Source: a virus. Taken from it: a stretch of 64,000 nt of DNA. Below the pieces are notes generated by a model, which was given only the letters and a program-made list of their open reading frames with translations, ran no database searches and was not told where the DNA came from. How positions within the stretch are numbered: the first letter of the stretch is position 1; every line of letters starts with the position of its first letter. Below, piece by piece: positions 30,457 through 41,640 of the stretch. The stretch lies in IMG/VR virus record IMGVR_UViG_3300046096_000928, positions 1 to 64,000 of that record. The stretch is one strand, 5' to 3'. Position numbers and translations under genes: made by a program.

Positions 30457-30869
30457 TGAAAACAAAAATTGAATTTCACCCAGAAAGACTCTCGCCGCCA
30501 AGACAGGGTGGTTATGTCCTAAGAACAGAAGACTTTGAAACTCTCGCTTTGAAACAGGGTGAGAATATTTTTGAAGTAAGTCTTGTTGATCGATTTAGAA
30601 CACATCCTAGTTTTATTGAGGCTATTAAAACCAGTGCTATCGTCGTGGTTTGTGAAGAAGTAGAAGAAACTAAAGAGAAAAATATCGGTGACTTCAAAAA
30701 CGTAAATGATGCAAAAAGAGCGGTCGAGAATAGCTATGATAAACTCAAATTAGAAACTTGGTTAGATCAGGAAACTAAAGGACAAAATAGAAATACTGTC
30801 ATCAGTGCTATTAAAATAGCAATAGATAAAATAGAAACGGCTAAATTATCTACTGCTTCTATTTCTTAA
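30456..30869 (+). CDS. Post-capsid head protein
   Basis: Translationally coupled to the capsid gene. Confidence 0.6.
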   Translation: MKTKIEFHPERLSPPRQGGYVLRTEDFETLALKQGENIFEVSLVDRFRTHPSFIEAIKTSAIVVVCEEVEETKEKNIGDFKNVNDAKRAVENSYDKLKLETWLDQETKGQNRNTVISAIKIAIDKIETAKLSTASIS

Positions 30870-30880
30870 TCTTTTAAAAA

Positions 30881-30922
30881 AATAAAAAAAGATGATCTGT
30901 ATACAGATCATCTTTTTTTATT
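30881..30922. terminator. Perfect 42-bp palindrome between convergent genes
   Basis: aataaaaaaagatgatctgta|tacagatcatctttttttatt. Confidence 0.75.
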
Positions 30923-30927
30923 GCCGA

Positions 30928-31635
30928 CTAATCTATTCTAAGAAGTTTTTTAAATTTTTTCTTGGCATCGGCATTATCAAAAATACCGTTATTAATAAGA
31001 TCAATTTGATTAAATATGGCATCAGTAAGATCAGCATGACTAAAATTAGCACCGTTAAATTCAGCATCGATAAAATCAGCTTTTTTCAATGAACAATAAC
31101 TAAAATTAGTAACTTTGAGATCAGAGGATAATCCTATTTTCGATCTCAAGAAAATAATTTTATTCAAATAAGAACCATTAAATTGGACTCCTTTTAAATT
31201 AGATTTATAAAAATCTGATTTACCTCTAAAGTAGCTACCGTAAAATAGTGAGTTTTCTAAATTGACGTTCTCAAACTCGCTATTTTCAGTTTTCAATCGA
31301 TTAAAGATAGAACCACTTAAAACAGAATCGGTAAAACTCACTAAATCCCAATTACTATCAGTTGCATTTATTCCTGCTAAATGGCAACCTTCAAAGAATA
31401 CATTCGCCATTTGTGAATCAGCTAAATTACTCCCACGAAAACTACAATTTCTAAATAGACAATCACAAAAAGTAGCTTTGCTCAAATCTACATCTTCAAA
31501 AAAGCAGTCCTCTATTTGAGAACGATCTATTCTAAGCCCAGTCAAATCTTCCCCACTAAGAATCAAGTCTTTTAAATCTTCTTTCGATACCTTTGTAAAT
31601 GACTTATATTCTGCTAAAAATTCTTCTCTATTCAT
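30928..31635 (-). CDS. Pentapeptide repeat protein
   Basis: ADFID AEFNG ANFSH ADLTD AIFNQ repeats. Confidence 0.88.
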   Translation of the reverse strand: MNREEFLAEYKSFTKVSKEDLKDLILSGEDLTGLRIDRSQIEDCFFEDVDLSKATFCDCLFRNCSFRGSNLADSQMANVFFEGCHLAGINATDSNWDLVSFTDSVLSGSIFNRLKTENSEFENVNLENSLFYGSYFRGKSDFYKSNLKGVQFNGSYLNKIIFLRSKIGLSSDLKVTNFSYCSLKKADFIDAEFNGANFSHADLTDAIFNQIDLINNGIFDNADAKKKFKKLLRID

Positions 31636-31961
31636 TTTTTTTTACTCCTATTTTCATTTATTAAATCTAATTCAACCTGTATAGCTGGAATCAAAACAAT
31701 CAACTGATTTTTTAGGCTTTTTCTTCTTAAGGAATTAGCTAAATAAAAGTCATCGGGATGGGTATAATTTTCTATTCCAAACTCTCTCAAATATTCTTCG
31801 GCTTCCTTATCATTCACAAAATCAAAACTATGTAAAAAAGGAAACAACCCATCTATTACAGATTTTGCTTGTATAAAAGCTAATAAGGGCTCTATATACG
31901 ATGCTTCTAAAGGAATCACCGACTGAACTATCTCAACTATTTTCTGTTTATATTTATTCAT
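31632..31961 (-). CDS. Hypothetical protein
   Basis: ATGA-coupled to the pentapeptide gene. Confidence 0.55.
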   Translation of the reverse strand: MNKYKQKIVEIVQSVIPLEASYIEPLLAFIQAKSVIDGLFPFLHSFDFVNDKEAEEYLREFGIENYTHPDDFYLANSLRRKSLKNQLIVLIPAIQVELDLINENRSKKK

Positions 31962-32174
31962 TTTTCAATCCAAACAATATTCTACTGTTTTTACATTAGT
32001 TAATACTTTTGTTTCCCAAAACTTCTTACATTTTTCTTCTCGTAAGTCATCGTAGGTCAAAGACAATATTTTATCATCTTTGAAAATATCAACACCATCT
32101 CTAAATATCTGTAGTTTAAACATATCTCTTTTTATCAAGTACACTTTTGATTATACAGAAATATCTTAAGAGTG

Positions 32175-32471
32175 TTAATCTATTTTAATGATCTTTATTT
32201 CTACTACGGGGTAAATTTCTATTATATCTACTCCTAACGCAATGGCGATAAGGTTTAGGTTATCTTTAGCTATCGTCGGCACTAATCCTGTTTCTATTTT
32301 CTCTAACAAGCCATTACTAATGCCTGTTAAGTCTGCTAATCCTTTTCTAGTTACATTTCTAGTTTTTCTTAAGTTACTTAAATTCACTCCTAACGATTTA
32401 TCCCATCTTAAAAAAATAGCGTTTTCTAAATGTACGGTAATCATAACATTATATTTAATTATTTTCTGCAT
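32175..32471 (-). CDS. XRE-family HTH regulator
   Basis: LRKTRNVTRKGLADLTGIS...LEKIETG. Confidence 0.8.
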   Translation of the reverse strand: MQKIIKYNVMITVHLENAIFLRWDKSLGVNLSNLRKTRNVTRKGLADLTGISNGLLEKIETGLVPTIAKDNLNLIAIALGVDIIEIYPVVEIKIIKID

Positions 32472-32517
32472 TTTAGTTTAACATAGTTTTATAAACAATT
32501 TCATTTTAAGGAAAAGA

Positions 32518-33561
32518 ATGGATTTACAATTAGGATTTTTGGCAGAGGAAAATGAAATCATAGAGACTGAGGTTAAAGTAGAAAAAATAGAACAGCTCGT
32601 ATTAACTCAAGGAATAATTGAACCTAGAAAAGCAAAAGAAGATAGTACAGCTTTAAATTATTGGAAGTCATGGAAGCCTAAAGATAGAAGTAAGTTAGGG
32701 AAAGCTGATCACACTTACAAATTAACTCATGGTTGGTTAATGCCTTATTTAGTTGGCATTGACGAGTTCACAAATAAACGTTGGGAATATTGGGCAAAAG
32801 TACAAAGATTATCGCCCGTTGCCTATTATGAATATTTAACTAAAGGTGTAACTGATAAGTTTGTAGCGGAAGCTATACACTGTCACGATTACCCTGAAAT
32901 AAGTTTTTCTGAAGATACTACTACTTTAAATTATCTTAATTCTGTTATTGATTTAATTTGTGGCGATCGCTCAATTAGCGGAATAGATGCTTTTGAATTT
33001 CTATTAGATTGGTTATTATTTGGGTTCGGGCATGAAGATTTTACAGAATTACCAGAATCCCCTTCTCGTGACAAGGCAATAAATAAGAAACTGTATGAAT
33101 ATTTTGATTTATTCCCTTTGTTAATAAATCCTTATGATTATTTTGGGCTTATGTTACCTGAGTTATTTAATCAAGGGCGTAATCAAAAAGTTGGTTTTTT
33201 CCCAACTCCTATGACTATCTGTATCGCTATGACTGAAATGATTAGCGGGAATGATAAACCTACTATTCAAAGATTTCAAGAATCGTCAGCTGGTACTGGA
33301 AGTCTTGTTTTAGCATGGTCAAAAAAAGGATTATGTGCAAGTATCACAGAATTATCTAATACTTGCACTAAGGCTATTTTGGTTAATTGTTATCTTTACG
33401 CCCCACAATACGCACGTCCTTTATTTTATTTAGCAGAACAAAGTACTTTTATTTGTGGGAATGCTCTCAGTAATGAGATATTCCACGATTACCACGCTAA
33501 ATATAAAAAAATAATTGCTGATGATTTCCGAAATCATTTTGCTGTTTTAACTAAAAAATAA
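32518..33561 (+). CDS. N6-methyltransferase-like protein lacking an NPPF/Y motif
   Basis: GFFPTP and ESSAGTGS SAM-binding motifs, ending soon after GNALS. Confidence 0.6.
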   Translation: MDLQLGFLAEENEIIETEVKVEKIEQLVLTQGIIEPRKAKEDSTALNYWKSWKPKDRSKLGKADHTYKLTHGWLMPYLVGIDEFTNKRWEYWAKVQRLSPVAYYEYLTKGVTDKFVAEAIHCHDYPEISFSEDTTTLNYLNSVIDLICGDRSISGIDAFEFLLDWLLFGFGHEDFTELPESPSRDKAINKKLYEYFDLFPLLINPYDYFGLMLPELFNQGRNQKVGFFPTPMTICIAMTEMISGNDKPTIQRFQESSAGTGSLVLAWSKKGLCASITELSNTCTKAILVNCYLYAPQYARPLFYLAEQSTFICGNALSNEIFHDYHAKYKKIIADDFRNHFAVLTKK

Positions 33562-33981
33562 ATCAAGCTCTGCTTTTCTACGACGGTCAAGTCCTGCGGA
33601 GGGCTTCCCGTTTATTTTATTCCACCTTTTTAATTCTGTCTCAGCACTTTGATAATCTTTTCGATTTATTTTTTTTCGAAGAGTTGATTCTTTAAAAGCA
33701 TTTAGTCCTACATTAAAAGCAAAACTTGTTAAAGCTCCTAATTGTTGTTTAGTTAACGGCACTGTTACCAAATCCTCTATTTGTTTTGATAACTTTTCTA
33801 ACTCAAGATAAAGCATCCCTTCCGCTTTCACTCTATTCATAGTGTCACTCATTTTTACTGATTTCCCATTTACTCTTGTAAACCCATAACCAATCGTAGG
33901 CACTCCCGCAGGACATAAATATGCCTTCTCCCTAAAACTTTCAAACTCCTTCACTAAATCAAATGCTTTTTTCTCTATCAT
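33547..33981 (-). CDS. GH24 lysozyme (endolysin)
   Basis: FESFREKAYLCPAGVPTIGYG, SFAFNVG, GLDRRRKAE. Confidence 0.93.
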   Translation of the reverse strand: MIEKKAFDLVKEFESFREKAYLCPAGVPTIGYGFTRVNGKSVKMSDTMNRVKAEGMLYLELEKLSKQIEDLVTVPLTKQQLGALTSFAFNVGLNAFKESTLRKKINRKDYQSAETELKRWNKINGKPSAGLDRRRKAELDLFFS

Positions 33982-34063
33982 TTTTAATACTAATTGTAGT
34001 AAGGCATATTACAATTCTATTTTACATCTATTTTCCATAGGCTTTTTTCTATGCTTATTGTAT

Positions 34064-34398
34064 TTACGATAGAGAAAAGCCAATTGACGAGTTCCTATCA
34101 ACAGGTTACCTGATATTAGGTTTCCTGTTATTAGGTTACCTGTTAACAGGTTTTCGATATACATAATTAAGATCAATAAACTCATAATTAAAAAAATAAA
34201 GATCAAGTTAATTATGCAAAAAATTTATTTTTTCTTTTTTTCTGTTTAAGAAAAGAAGCCATTGAAAAATAACTAATTATTCTCTGTATTGCTGATTATT
34301 TAGCTAAATAAGGCTAATGAGGTAAGTAAAGGATTAATCATACTTAAAGAAACTTTAAAAGAGTAAAATAATGAAATAAAGCAATGATCAAATAAAGA
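34064..34398 (+). repeat. Dispersed element copy C (4 CCT-N6-AGG units)
   Basis: Direct match to copy A. Confidence 0.9.
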
Positions 34399-34677
34399 AT
34401 GAGAAAAGAGCAAAGACATCCGTTAGCACATATTGACAGGCAAATAGTCAAAAGTTTTTTTGTGGAAGGAATGAGTGATTTCAATTTGACTGAATTAGCT
34501 CGGTTAAAAATCCATCACTATAATTTTTCAGGTGCAACCGATATACGATTCGATCTCGATAGCATTATGAATCAATGGGAATTAACTGAAGATTAACTTT
34601 ACGAAAAAACTAAAGTAATTTATGCGAAAGAGATTTTTCTAATTTCGATTCTGAGAGTGAAGAAGATTGGAGTTAAT
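34399..34677 (+). pseudogene. DUF3288-family cyanobacterial gene with an internal stop
   Basis: QRHPLAHIDRQIV...FNLTELARL...QWELTED*LYEKTK. Confidence 0.7.
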
Positions 34678-34790
34678 AAAAAACCTCCTCTGATCGGGAG
34701 GTAAAATAATTTAATTAATAGGTTATAATGGAAACAACAAAACCCGACACAGCTCTGCTAAGTATCTGCAAAGAATCGGGTTACTCAATT

Positions 34791-35513
34791 TTAGGCTTTG
34801 GCTAGTGCACCGTATTTTTTATCTAAATAAACTGGCATTTTAAGGGGGACATATATTGTCTCCAAACATTGTGCAAAATATCCTAATTCACAGAAGTCAT
34901 AGGCTTTTATAACCCGTGTCCCACGATGATTGTCAAGATGATAGATAGCCGTACTACTTTCAACTGCCCATTCTTTACTACTGCGATACGAACTCCAATG
35001 AATACCAACCGACCCATCGAGTAAATCAAATATATCTATTGGATAACCTAGCTTTTCTACTCGCAACATCAAATAGTTTGCTTTTTCTGCGATGCACCAA
35101 GTATTAGGTTGCTTAACTAGATTTTTCTCTAAATCCATAATGCGATCTGAGTAAACGGTAATTGCTTTTTTAGGTTGCTCAACTGAATAACTACCAGTTT
35201 GTCTAATACTTGGTAAGATTTCCTCAAATACCCATTTTTGAAATTGTTTAGCTGTTTCTAAACGAGATTTAAAGATTAGTTGATAAATACCAGCCTCTTT
35301 AGTAATTATCAATACCTTCTCAATTCTTGGCTTGTTTTCCCCATATCTGATGGTGGGCATTTGATGTAATGTCAAATAATCTGGATCGATTAAGTCTTTT
35401 ATCGCTGTTTTGGGAGTAGCATAACCTAATGCTTTTGCTACATCGATCGCCACTGGATTACCATCTACAAAACGAATATCTTGACTATCAAACTGAAATC
35501 GTGTTAAATTCAT
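34791..35513 (-). CDS. Bro-N antirepressor
   Basis: DVAKALGY, EAGIYQLIFKSR, FQKWVFEEILPSIRQTGSY. Confidence 0.88.
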   Translation of the reverse strand: MNLTRFQFDSQDIRFVDGNPVAIDVAKALGYATPKTAIKDLIDPDYLTLHQMPTIRYGENKPRIEKVLIITKEAGIYQLIFKSRLETAKQFQKWVFEEILPSIRQTGSYSVEQPKKAITVYSDRIMDLEKNLVKQPNTWCIAEKANYLMLRVEKLGYPIDIFDLLDGSVGIHWSSYRSSKEWAVESSTAIYHLDNHRGTRVIKAYDFCELGYFAQCLETIYVPLKMPVYLDKKYGALAKA

Positions 35514-35625
35514 ATTAACTCCTAGTTGCTTAACTACTTTTAGGGGTTACGGAATGATATACAGCAATTCATAATTAACAGTTATGGGTTGCTTTTCCGT
35601 TTCTATAACTATTTATATATAAGTC
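35514..35625 (-). ncRNA. Structured antirepressor leader, copy 3
   Basis: ACGGAA/TTCCGT, AGCAA/TTGCT, CATAA/TTATG, CCTA/TAGG. Confidence 0.65.
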
Positions 35626-35662
35626 TTTGAAGATTTTAAATCTACTTAATTAGTCTGTAATT

Positions 35663-36950
35663 CTAACTGTTCAATTTTATTTTGGTTGCTGATATTCTTT
35701 GATTAATTATGTTTAAATATTCTTCTTCTTTTTCGATTAGAACATAATTAAAACCTGTTTCTATTGCACTTACTGCCGTTGTACCACTGCCTCCAAAAGG
35801 ATCAAGTACAATTCCATTAGGGGGAGTAATTAACTCGATGAAATATGCCATTAAATGCCGTGATTTAACTGTCGGATGATCATTATTGACTAATCCTTTA
35901 CAATTCCTATCAGTTGTGGATGCTTTGGCTTTGTAGTATATGCTATTGACTGTATCTGTATCAAAAGGTAAGTTTTTAAAATATCTCGCCGCCGTTCCTT
36001 TATCCTCAAAATAAACACCGCTTTTATACGGATTACTTTTAAATTTTACTGAATTATCCTTCGTGTATGTATCGTAATTATAGTCACTTGCTCTACTGAC
36101 AGATTCCCCACTTTGATCGCCAATAACATTAACAGGACAATCTTTAGCGTGATTATTTTCTTGGCAGTTAATACCACATGATAAAATTAAATTAGCTGGA
36201 TAAAGACCGATGTTAGGATTGTGACCATCTTCTGATCCTGTTTCTTTTCCTAGCCCACTGTGATAAATATTAGTCTTCTCTTTTTTTTGAAAAACCACAA
36301 GGCACTCTTTTATTAGTACCAATCCTACCTGCATCAATATTTAATCCGCCCGTACCGTGTTTAAGAATATTTCTAACAATACTAGATTCTGAACATTTTT
36401 TCTGCCCCAACCACCAACCTTCGATCGCAGGTTTCAACGCAGGAGTTTTCCAACCATCCCATCGCTTTGCTAATTCACTTGATGATTTTGTGATTTTAGG
36501 GTTATCTTGCCATGAACCACCAAGTGCATTCGTACCATCCTTACATCCCCTTGCGGATGTAAGGATGCCTATAACCTCTCTTTCTTCTCCTAACATCCGA
36601 TCAATCTGCTTACTCACATCTTGCCCTTTTTGAAATCCGCCGCCATTTGCATGGTGTACAATGTCAATAATTCTAAAACCAGCTAATTCTAAAGCCATAC
36701 CAGTCCAGTGAGAGGTTCTAGGAATACTCCATACTAAACCAATTGCACCAGGCTTCATGGTACGCATGGCTTCGTTCATTACCTCTGATAACCAATTAAT
36801 CCAATTAAGCATACCACCCTTGTTATCATCCCATTTCATGGACATAAAGCTGATCGAAGAAGGTGGATCAGTAATTAAAGAATCAAAATAATTATCGGGG
36901 AATGTTTTTAATACTTTTAAACAATCACCATGCAAAACTTGGTTAATCAT
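35663..36950 (-). pseudogene. DNA methyltransferase split by a frameshift in an A8 run (36281-36288)
   Basis: DPP motif (DPPS) in the first ORF; HPTVK and DPFGGSG in the second; deleting one A fuses them. Confidence 0.82.
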
Positions 36951-37087
36951 AGATAAAAAACAATTTTAATACTCTTGTAATACAATAGATTACAAGAGTA
37001 TTAAAATTGTGAGAATTAGGTTAGGCTATTCTACTGTTTGAGAATATTTAATTTGCCCGACAGGATCAGAATTATAAAAAAGATCAA

Positions 37088-37333
37088 TCAGAATAGTAGT
37101 TTTTTTTTTGTTTTGATTGGTTGCACTTTAAAGGAGATCATTGATTTATTAGAAGCTGTTTTTGTATTATTCCCTTTTATTAGGAAATCTGAAGATGATA
37201 TAGAAACTTTGAATATATCTTGCATCTTACAAAATAATTCAATCTTCAAAACATATAATTTATCTTTCTGTATAGGGGATAAATACCAATCTTCCCCATC
37301 TTCTCTTAATAATAATTCTATATTTTTTATCAT
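37088..37333 (-). CDS. Hypothetical protein
   Basis: 81-aa ORF co-oriented with neighbours. Confidence 0.4.
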   Translation of the reverse strand: MIKNIELLLREDGEDWYLSPIQKDKLYVLKIELFCKMQDIFKVSISSSDFLIKGNNTKTASNKSMISFKVQPIKTKKKLLF

Positions 37334-37359
37334 AGTTGTGTAGTTGTTTTTAAGTTAGG

Positions 37360-38060
37360 TTAAAGTGATTTTTCTATTAGTTGCCAAATATTTTTATGAA
37401 CATAAATAGCCCGTTGTTTGCATTCAAGAAGTAAATTTTTAACGTAAGGATTTTTAGAGTCAAAATAATAAGCGGCGATCATAGTTAGAAAATTATCGGT
37501 TTTCATCTTTAACATCTCAACAAGAAATAGGAAAATATTAAAGTAACGAGGATCATCGATATGATCTAAAACTGATTTTTCGATAAGATCATTTTCATAG
37601 ATATATTTAGCAGTGAGAAATTCTTGTAAAAAGACATGAGAGAAAAAATAAACATCATCTTCTTTAGACAAGATTCCTTGCTCACAAAAAGTCTTTACTA
37701 ATTCTATCACGTCAATATCGGACATCCCGAGGCAATCATCAATATAACCTTGAGCAGTCAATAATAATTTATATTCTTTAAAAGTTGCTTATTAGTAGAG
37801 AAAAATTTATAAGCAACTTTTGAAAGTAAAGCAAACTCTCTTTCAAATTCTGGATAGCAACGATCCCCGTCTAAAAGTACTTTAAATATATCTTCATAAG
37901 TACGTGTCAAAGAAGAAGATGTTGTCAATCCATCGTAGGGATTTTTAGCTTCTCTGAATATAGGATTATCAGCTAAATGTTTTAATGAGTATCTGTCTAA
38001 ACTTTTTAGAAATTGTGCAATGTCTTTTTTGATTTCTTTCTCTTTTAACAAATTTTTCAT
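37360..38060 (-). CDS. Two coupled ORFs resembling NACHT-associated helical/winged-helix segments, no P-loop
   Basis: LADNP...YEDIFKVLL...LLSKVAY; GIL...YFFSHVFLQEFLTAKYI...DPRYFNIFLFL. Confidence 0.6.
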
Positions 38061-38146
38061 TTTTTCTGTTAGTTGTATGTTTTATAAAATAAGTTGGTAA
38101 TACAATATTGTATTACCAACTTATAAAGATTAGGTTAGGGTAGCAA

Positions 38147-39013
38147 TTAAAAATCAATACCAGCTTCGGATAAAGTAGCCATATCTTCAGCAGTTAGATT
38201 AACTACCCCATTCTCATCAACTGGGGGGTGTGCATAACTTTTTAACTGAGGTAAAAAACTATGCGCGTGAGATAAAGTAGAGTGATTGTTAGGCAAAACT
38301 AAACTACTGAAATTAGCTTCGGTTATTTTCTCATAACCTTTAACCACAGTAGCTTCAGAAGTTAAACCATTATTATCACCAGATAACTCTCCTTCTATCA
38401 GAGTAGGACAGAAGATAAAGCGAGATGTGAATTTACAAGTCGGTGTTTGTTTTGGCAAAATTTTACCAGTAATTTGTTCAAACTGTTTAAGACTATCATT
38501 AATATATTCAGTATATGCAGTCTTGATCAATGAGTGGGCTTTCCCTTTAGTGCGAAATACTAAAGGAGTGTCTGATAATAAATTGTTATCTTTATCTACA
38601 AATAAGACAACTAAAACACTATACATTTCAAAGTCAGTCTTATTAAAATCATTTTTTTTGTAGTAACTTACTTTTTTCGTTTCTTTCCCTTGCATTAATA
38701 AAGGAGCTGCTACAACCTTAATCTCGTTACTTACTAAAGCGTCTTGATAACCATTTAAAATAATCATACGGGGGGTACGACTGAACCACATCTTACCCGT
38801 AAATTTCTTTTTATCTTTATCTTTTAGTTTTACATCTTCTAAAGCCCAATTTTCATCTGGTTTAAAATCTATCGCTTTCGCTATATCTTGATTAATTGCA
38901 ATCCCATGATTATCACTTTGTGGATTAAATAATTGACAGTGTGGATAGCCTTTTTGACTTGAAACGAACTCACTTACATCTACACCATAATCGGCAACAT
39001 TTATTTTAGTCAT
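38147..39013 (-). CDS. DUF5895-like protein, possible ssDNA-binding protein
   Basis: PHCQLFNP...GIAI, TPRMIIL, LFVDKDNNLL; acidic-aromatic tail EAGIDF. Confidence 0.55.
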   Translation of the reverse strand: MTKINVADYGVDVSEFVSSQKGYPHCQLFNPQSDNHGIAINQDIAKAIDFKPDENWALEDVKLKDKDKKKFTGKMWFSRTPRMIILNGYQDALVSNEIKVVAAPLLMQGKETKKVSYYKKNDFNKTDFEMYSVLVVLFVDKDNNLLSDTPLVFRTKGKAHSLIKTAYTEYINDSLKQFEQITGKILPKQTPTCKFTSRFIFCPTLIEGELSGDNNGLTSEATVVKGYEKITEANFSSLVLPNNHSTLSHAHSFLPQLKSYAHPPVDENGVVNLTAEDMATLSEAGIDF

Positions 39014-39195
39014 TTTTACTTTTTTGTTAAGAGTTGTTATAACTTCAATTATAACAAAAAGCCTTGAAAATAGCAAAGGGAAAAGACATTTTTCTTTAGA
39101 AAATATAGAAAAAAGATTAATGCTACCAAAGCTAGGTTGTTTTAAAATTCTATGATTGTTATAATTCTAGTTATAATAAATGATAAGGTTAGGTT

Positions 39196-39486
39196 ATGGC
39201 AAAAAGAATAATACCAATTGAATTAATGGAGAGGGCAAAACAAAATAATATTCCAGCAATTACAGTTTACAAAAGAGTACAATCTGGTATCTCTATGAAT
39301 GATGCTGTAACAGTTAAAGATATTAGAAAATATTTTAAAGAGCAAAATACTAATTTAATATCTTTTCATTATGAAAACAAGAAAAAATTAGTCTCAAAAA
39401 TTAAAACATCCGAAAAAACAGCCTCAGAGTTTATATCCGAAGCCATTAATTTTTATTTACAATATTTAGAAAACAATGAACAATAA
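39196..39486 (+). CDS. Small DNA-binding protein
   Basis: TVYKRVQSG...DAVT; C-terminal ribbon-helix-helix-like SEFISEAI. Confidence 0.5.
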   Translation: MAKRIIPIELMERAKQNNIPAITVYKRVQSGISMNDAVTVKDIRKYFKEQNTNLISFHYENKKKLVSKIKTSEKTASEFISEAINFYLQYLENNEQ

Positions 39487-39646
39487 AATTGCAATTCACC
39501 CAACTTTACAGAAGTTTAGAGAAGATACTTACAAGGCTATTATCAGAAACGAAGCCTTAGCTAAATTAAAACAAAAAAAAATAATTCCCTTTAAACCTAA
39601 AGAAGATTAACTATAAAACCTAGCATTTAGCTAGGTCTTTCTCTTT

Positions 39647-40099
39647 TTAATAATTTATGCCTTCTATATTTTCTACTTGGTGATCGTATAGTTGAGCATA
39701 TTCGATTAAGTTATTTACCCCCAAAATATTGAGATATTTATAGACGTGTTTACAAGCTACTTTGTTTGTTTTGTAAGCAATCTCTAAAAAAAGATAATCG
39801 TTACATTCACATTCAATATGATTTTGCATCGGTACTAAAATATAACTATTAACATTTTCTTTATTATGTGCGATATACTCATTATTCCCGAAGCAATGAA
39901 TCTCAACTTCATTTACTCTTGCTTTTCTGTTTTTTATAATGACTTTTTTTATTTGTTTTTTAGTAACCAAAGAAATTTCATCATTTTTTAAAATCACAAT
40001 ACCGACATCACTCGCATCATAAGCAATTTTTCTTATTTCACTTTCTTTGATTTCTAAATACTGCGATACATTTTTTTTGTTGAAGACTATTTGTGACAT
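39647..40099 (-). CDS. SWIM zinc-finger protein
   Basis: CECND...CKHV. Confidence 0.7.
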   Translation of the reverse strand: MSQIVFNKKNVSQYLEIKESEIRKIAYDASDVGIVILKNDEISLVTKKQIKKVIIKNRKARVNEVEIHCFGNNEYIAHNKENVNSYILVPMQNHIECECNDYLFLEIAYKTNKVACKHVYKYLNILGVNNLIEYAQLYDHQVENIEGINY

Positions 40100-40189
40100 T
40101 TTTCTTATTTACTCTATATTTGTTACCTCTTATTATAACATATATATAATAAAAAGACAATGTAAAAAAACAGGGATTTTAAAAAAAAG

Positions 40190-40534
40190 TTAGGCAACAA
40201 AAATAGAAGTACCAATAACAAGTTTTAATAAATTCCAGTAACTCATGCCATAAACAGTTTGTTTGTAATAATCAAGATTTCGTTCAAGTAATTTTAAATC
40301 TATACTCCTGCCCTCTTCAATAGCTCTTAACGCACCACCTAAAGTTAGGTTTTCCATTCTTTCTAACTCCAATCGGTGAGCGGTTAAAAAGCCTTGTGCT
40401 ATCGTTTTCTGTATCTCGACTGTCCAGATTCTACTTGTTAATAAGGATTCACTCAAGAGTAATTCAGATGCTACTATTTCATCATCTACATCATTGAATA
40501 CTGTAAATCTTGTTTTAAATTCAGTTACATTCAT
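40190..40534 (-). CDS. DUF4054-like head-tail adaptor
   Basis: FKTRFTVF, LTAHRL, YKQTVYGMSYW. Confidence 0.72.
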   Translation of the reverse strand: MNVTEFKTRFTVFNDVDDEIVASELLLSESLLTSRIWTVEIQKTIAQGFLTAHRLELERMENLTLGGALRAIEEGRSIDLKLLERNLDYYKQTVYGMSYWNLLKLVIGTSIFVA

Positions 40535-40743
40535 TTTTTTTGTTTTGGCGATCGCTTTCTATTTTGATTTGTTCATTAATTAAATTCCCAACGGCTAACC
40601 AATAACTCCTTATAGCTTCGGTTGTGCTTTTTTCTTTATACTTTTTATATTTGAACATATACTTTTTATCTTTAAATATTTATCTATTTTAACAAACAGT
40701 AAAAAGGCTTCTGGAGTAAATCAGAAGCCTTTTTACTGTTTGA

Positions 40744-41469
40744 TTATTTAATAATTGTTAAGGTTGTAGTTTCTGGTAGTTTCACGTTAGGATATGCAAA
40801 ACGCCAAGCATCATGAGGATAAAGTAGTTGATAAGCATATCTTGCGGACGGTACTTTTTTGATTTCTAAATTCATCTTTTCAGAAACCGCTTTTAATCTC
40901 CGCCAACTAAAGTTTTTCTCACTTATGTTATTAAATTTGGCTATACGGATAATTGAGGAATAATCAAAGAGTTCATCAATTACTTCCGCTTGACGTTCTA
41001 AGTCTTTTTCTTGATCCTCAATGATAGATTGTTTAAGCTCATTCTCTAAAGCTAATCGTTCTTTTTCTTCTTCTTGTGCTATTAAAGCAAGTAAAGCTTC
41101 TTTGTAGGTTTTAGGCATTAGTGAAGAAACCTCTTTTAATGCTTTTTCTGCTTCGATAAAATATTTACGAGTATTTTTCCCTATCGCTGAGCGGGATAAC
41201 ATACAGAGTTCTTTCAAAGCATCACAAGTTAAATTAATTACTTCAGAACCACGACCACCAGTGCTTTTCAACATTTTGTTAAAAAGATAATCGGTTTCCT
41301 TTTCTAAGTAATTATCTATAGCTCTTTTTGCACTTGCTTTTGTAGCATATCCTGCTACTTCCCATGCCTCATCAAGATCAACAGGATATTTATTCCCCTC
41401 TTTCTCTTTCCTCAACCATTCATCTACAATATTTGAGTAGGACTTGGAATTTAAACTTGAATCTGCCAT
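40744..41469 (-). CDS. AntA-like antirepressor
   Basis: YPVDLDEAWEVAGY, GGR, RKYFIEAEK, PKTYKEALLAL. Confidence 0.78.
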   Translation of the reverse strand: MADSSLNSKSYSNIVDEWLRKEKEGNKYPVDLDEAWEVAGYATKASAKRAIDNYLEKETDYLFNKMLKSTGGRGSEVINLTCDALKELCMLSRSAIGKNTRKYFIEAEKALKEVSSLMPKTYKEALLALIAQEEEKERLALENELKQSIIEDQEKDLERQAEVIDELFDYSSIIRIAKFNNISEKNFSWRRLKAVSEKMNLEIKKVPSARYAYQLLYPHDAWRFAYPNVKLPETTTLTIIK

Positions 41470-41587
41470 AATAGATATATCTCCTAAGTTACTTAATTAT
41501 GTTTAGGTGGTACAGACGTTATTAAAAGCGGATTCTTAATCAAAGCTAAGAGTTCGCTTGTCTGTTTTTCCTTTGTTTATTGTAACA
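41470..41587 (-). ncRNA. Structured antirepressor leader, copy 4 (most diverged)
   Basis: ACAGAC/GTCTGT, AAGCG/CGCTT, TCTTA/TAAGA, CCTAA/TTAGG; TGTTACAAT upstream. Confidence 0.62.
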
Positions 41588-41640
41588 GTTTTAGGCTATA
41601 ATTTACGGTTTTATTGAAAAAAGATTACACGAAAACAGGG

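Noticed and set aside
34721-34790. Antisense RNA to the Bro gene (TATAAT plus AACCCGA/TCGGGTT hairpin)
   Set aside because: Single weak instance; equally explained as a 3' hairpin of the Bro gene.
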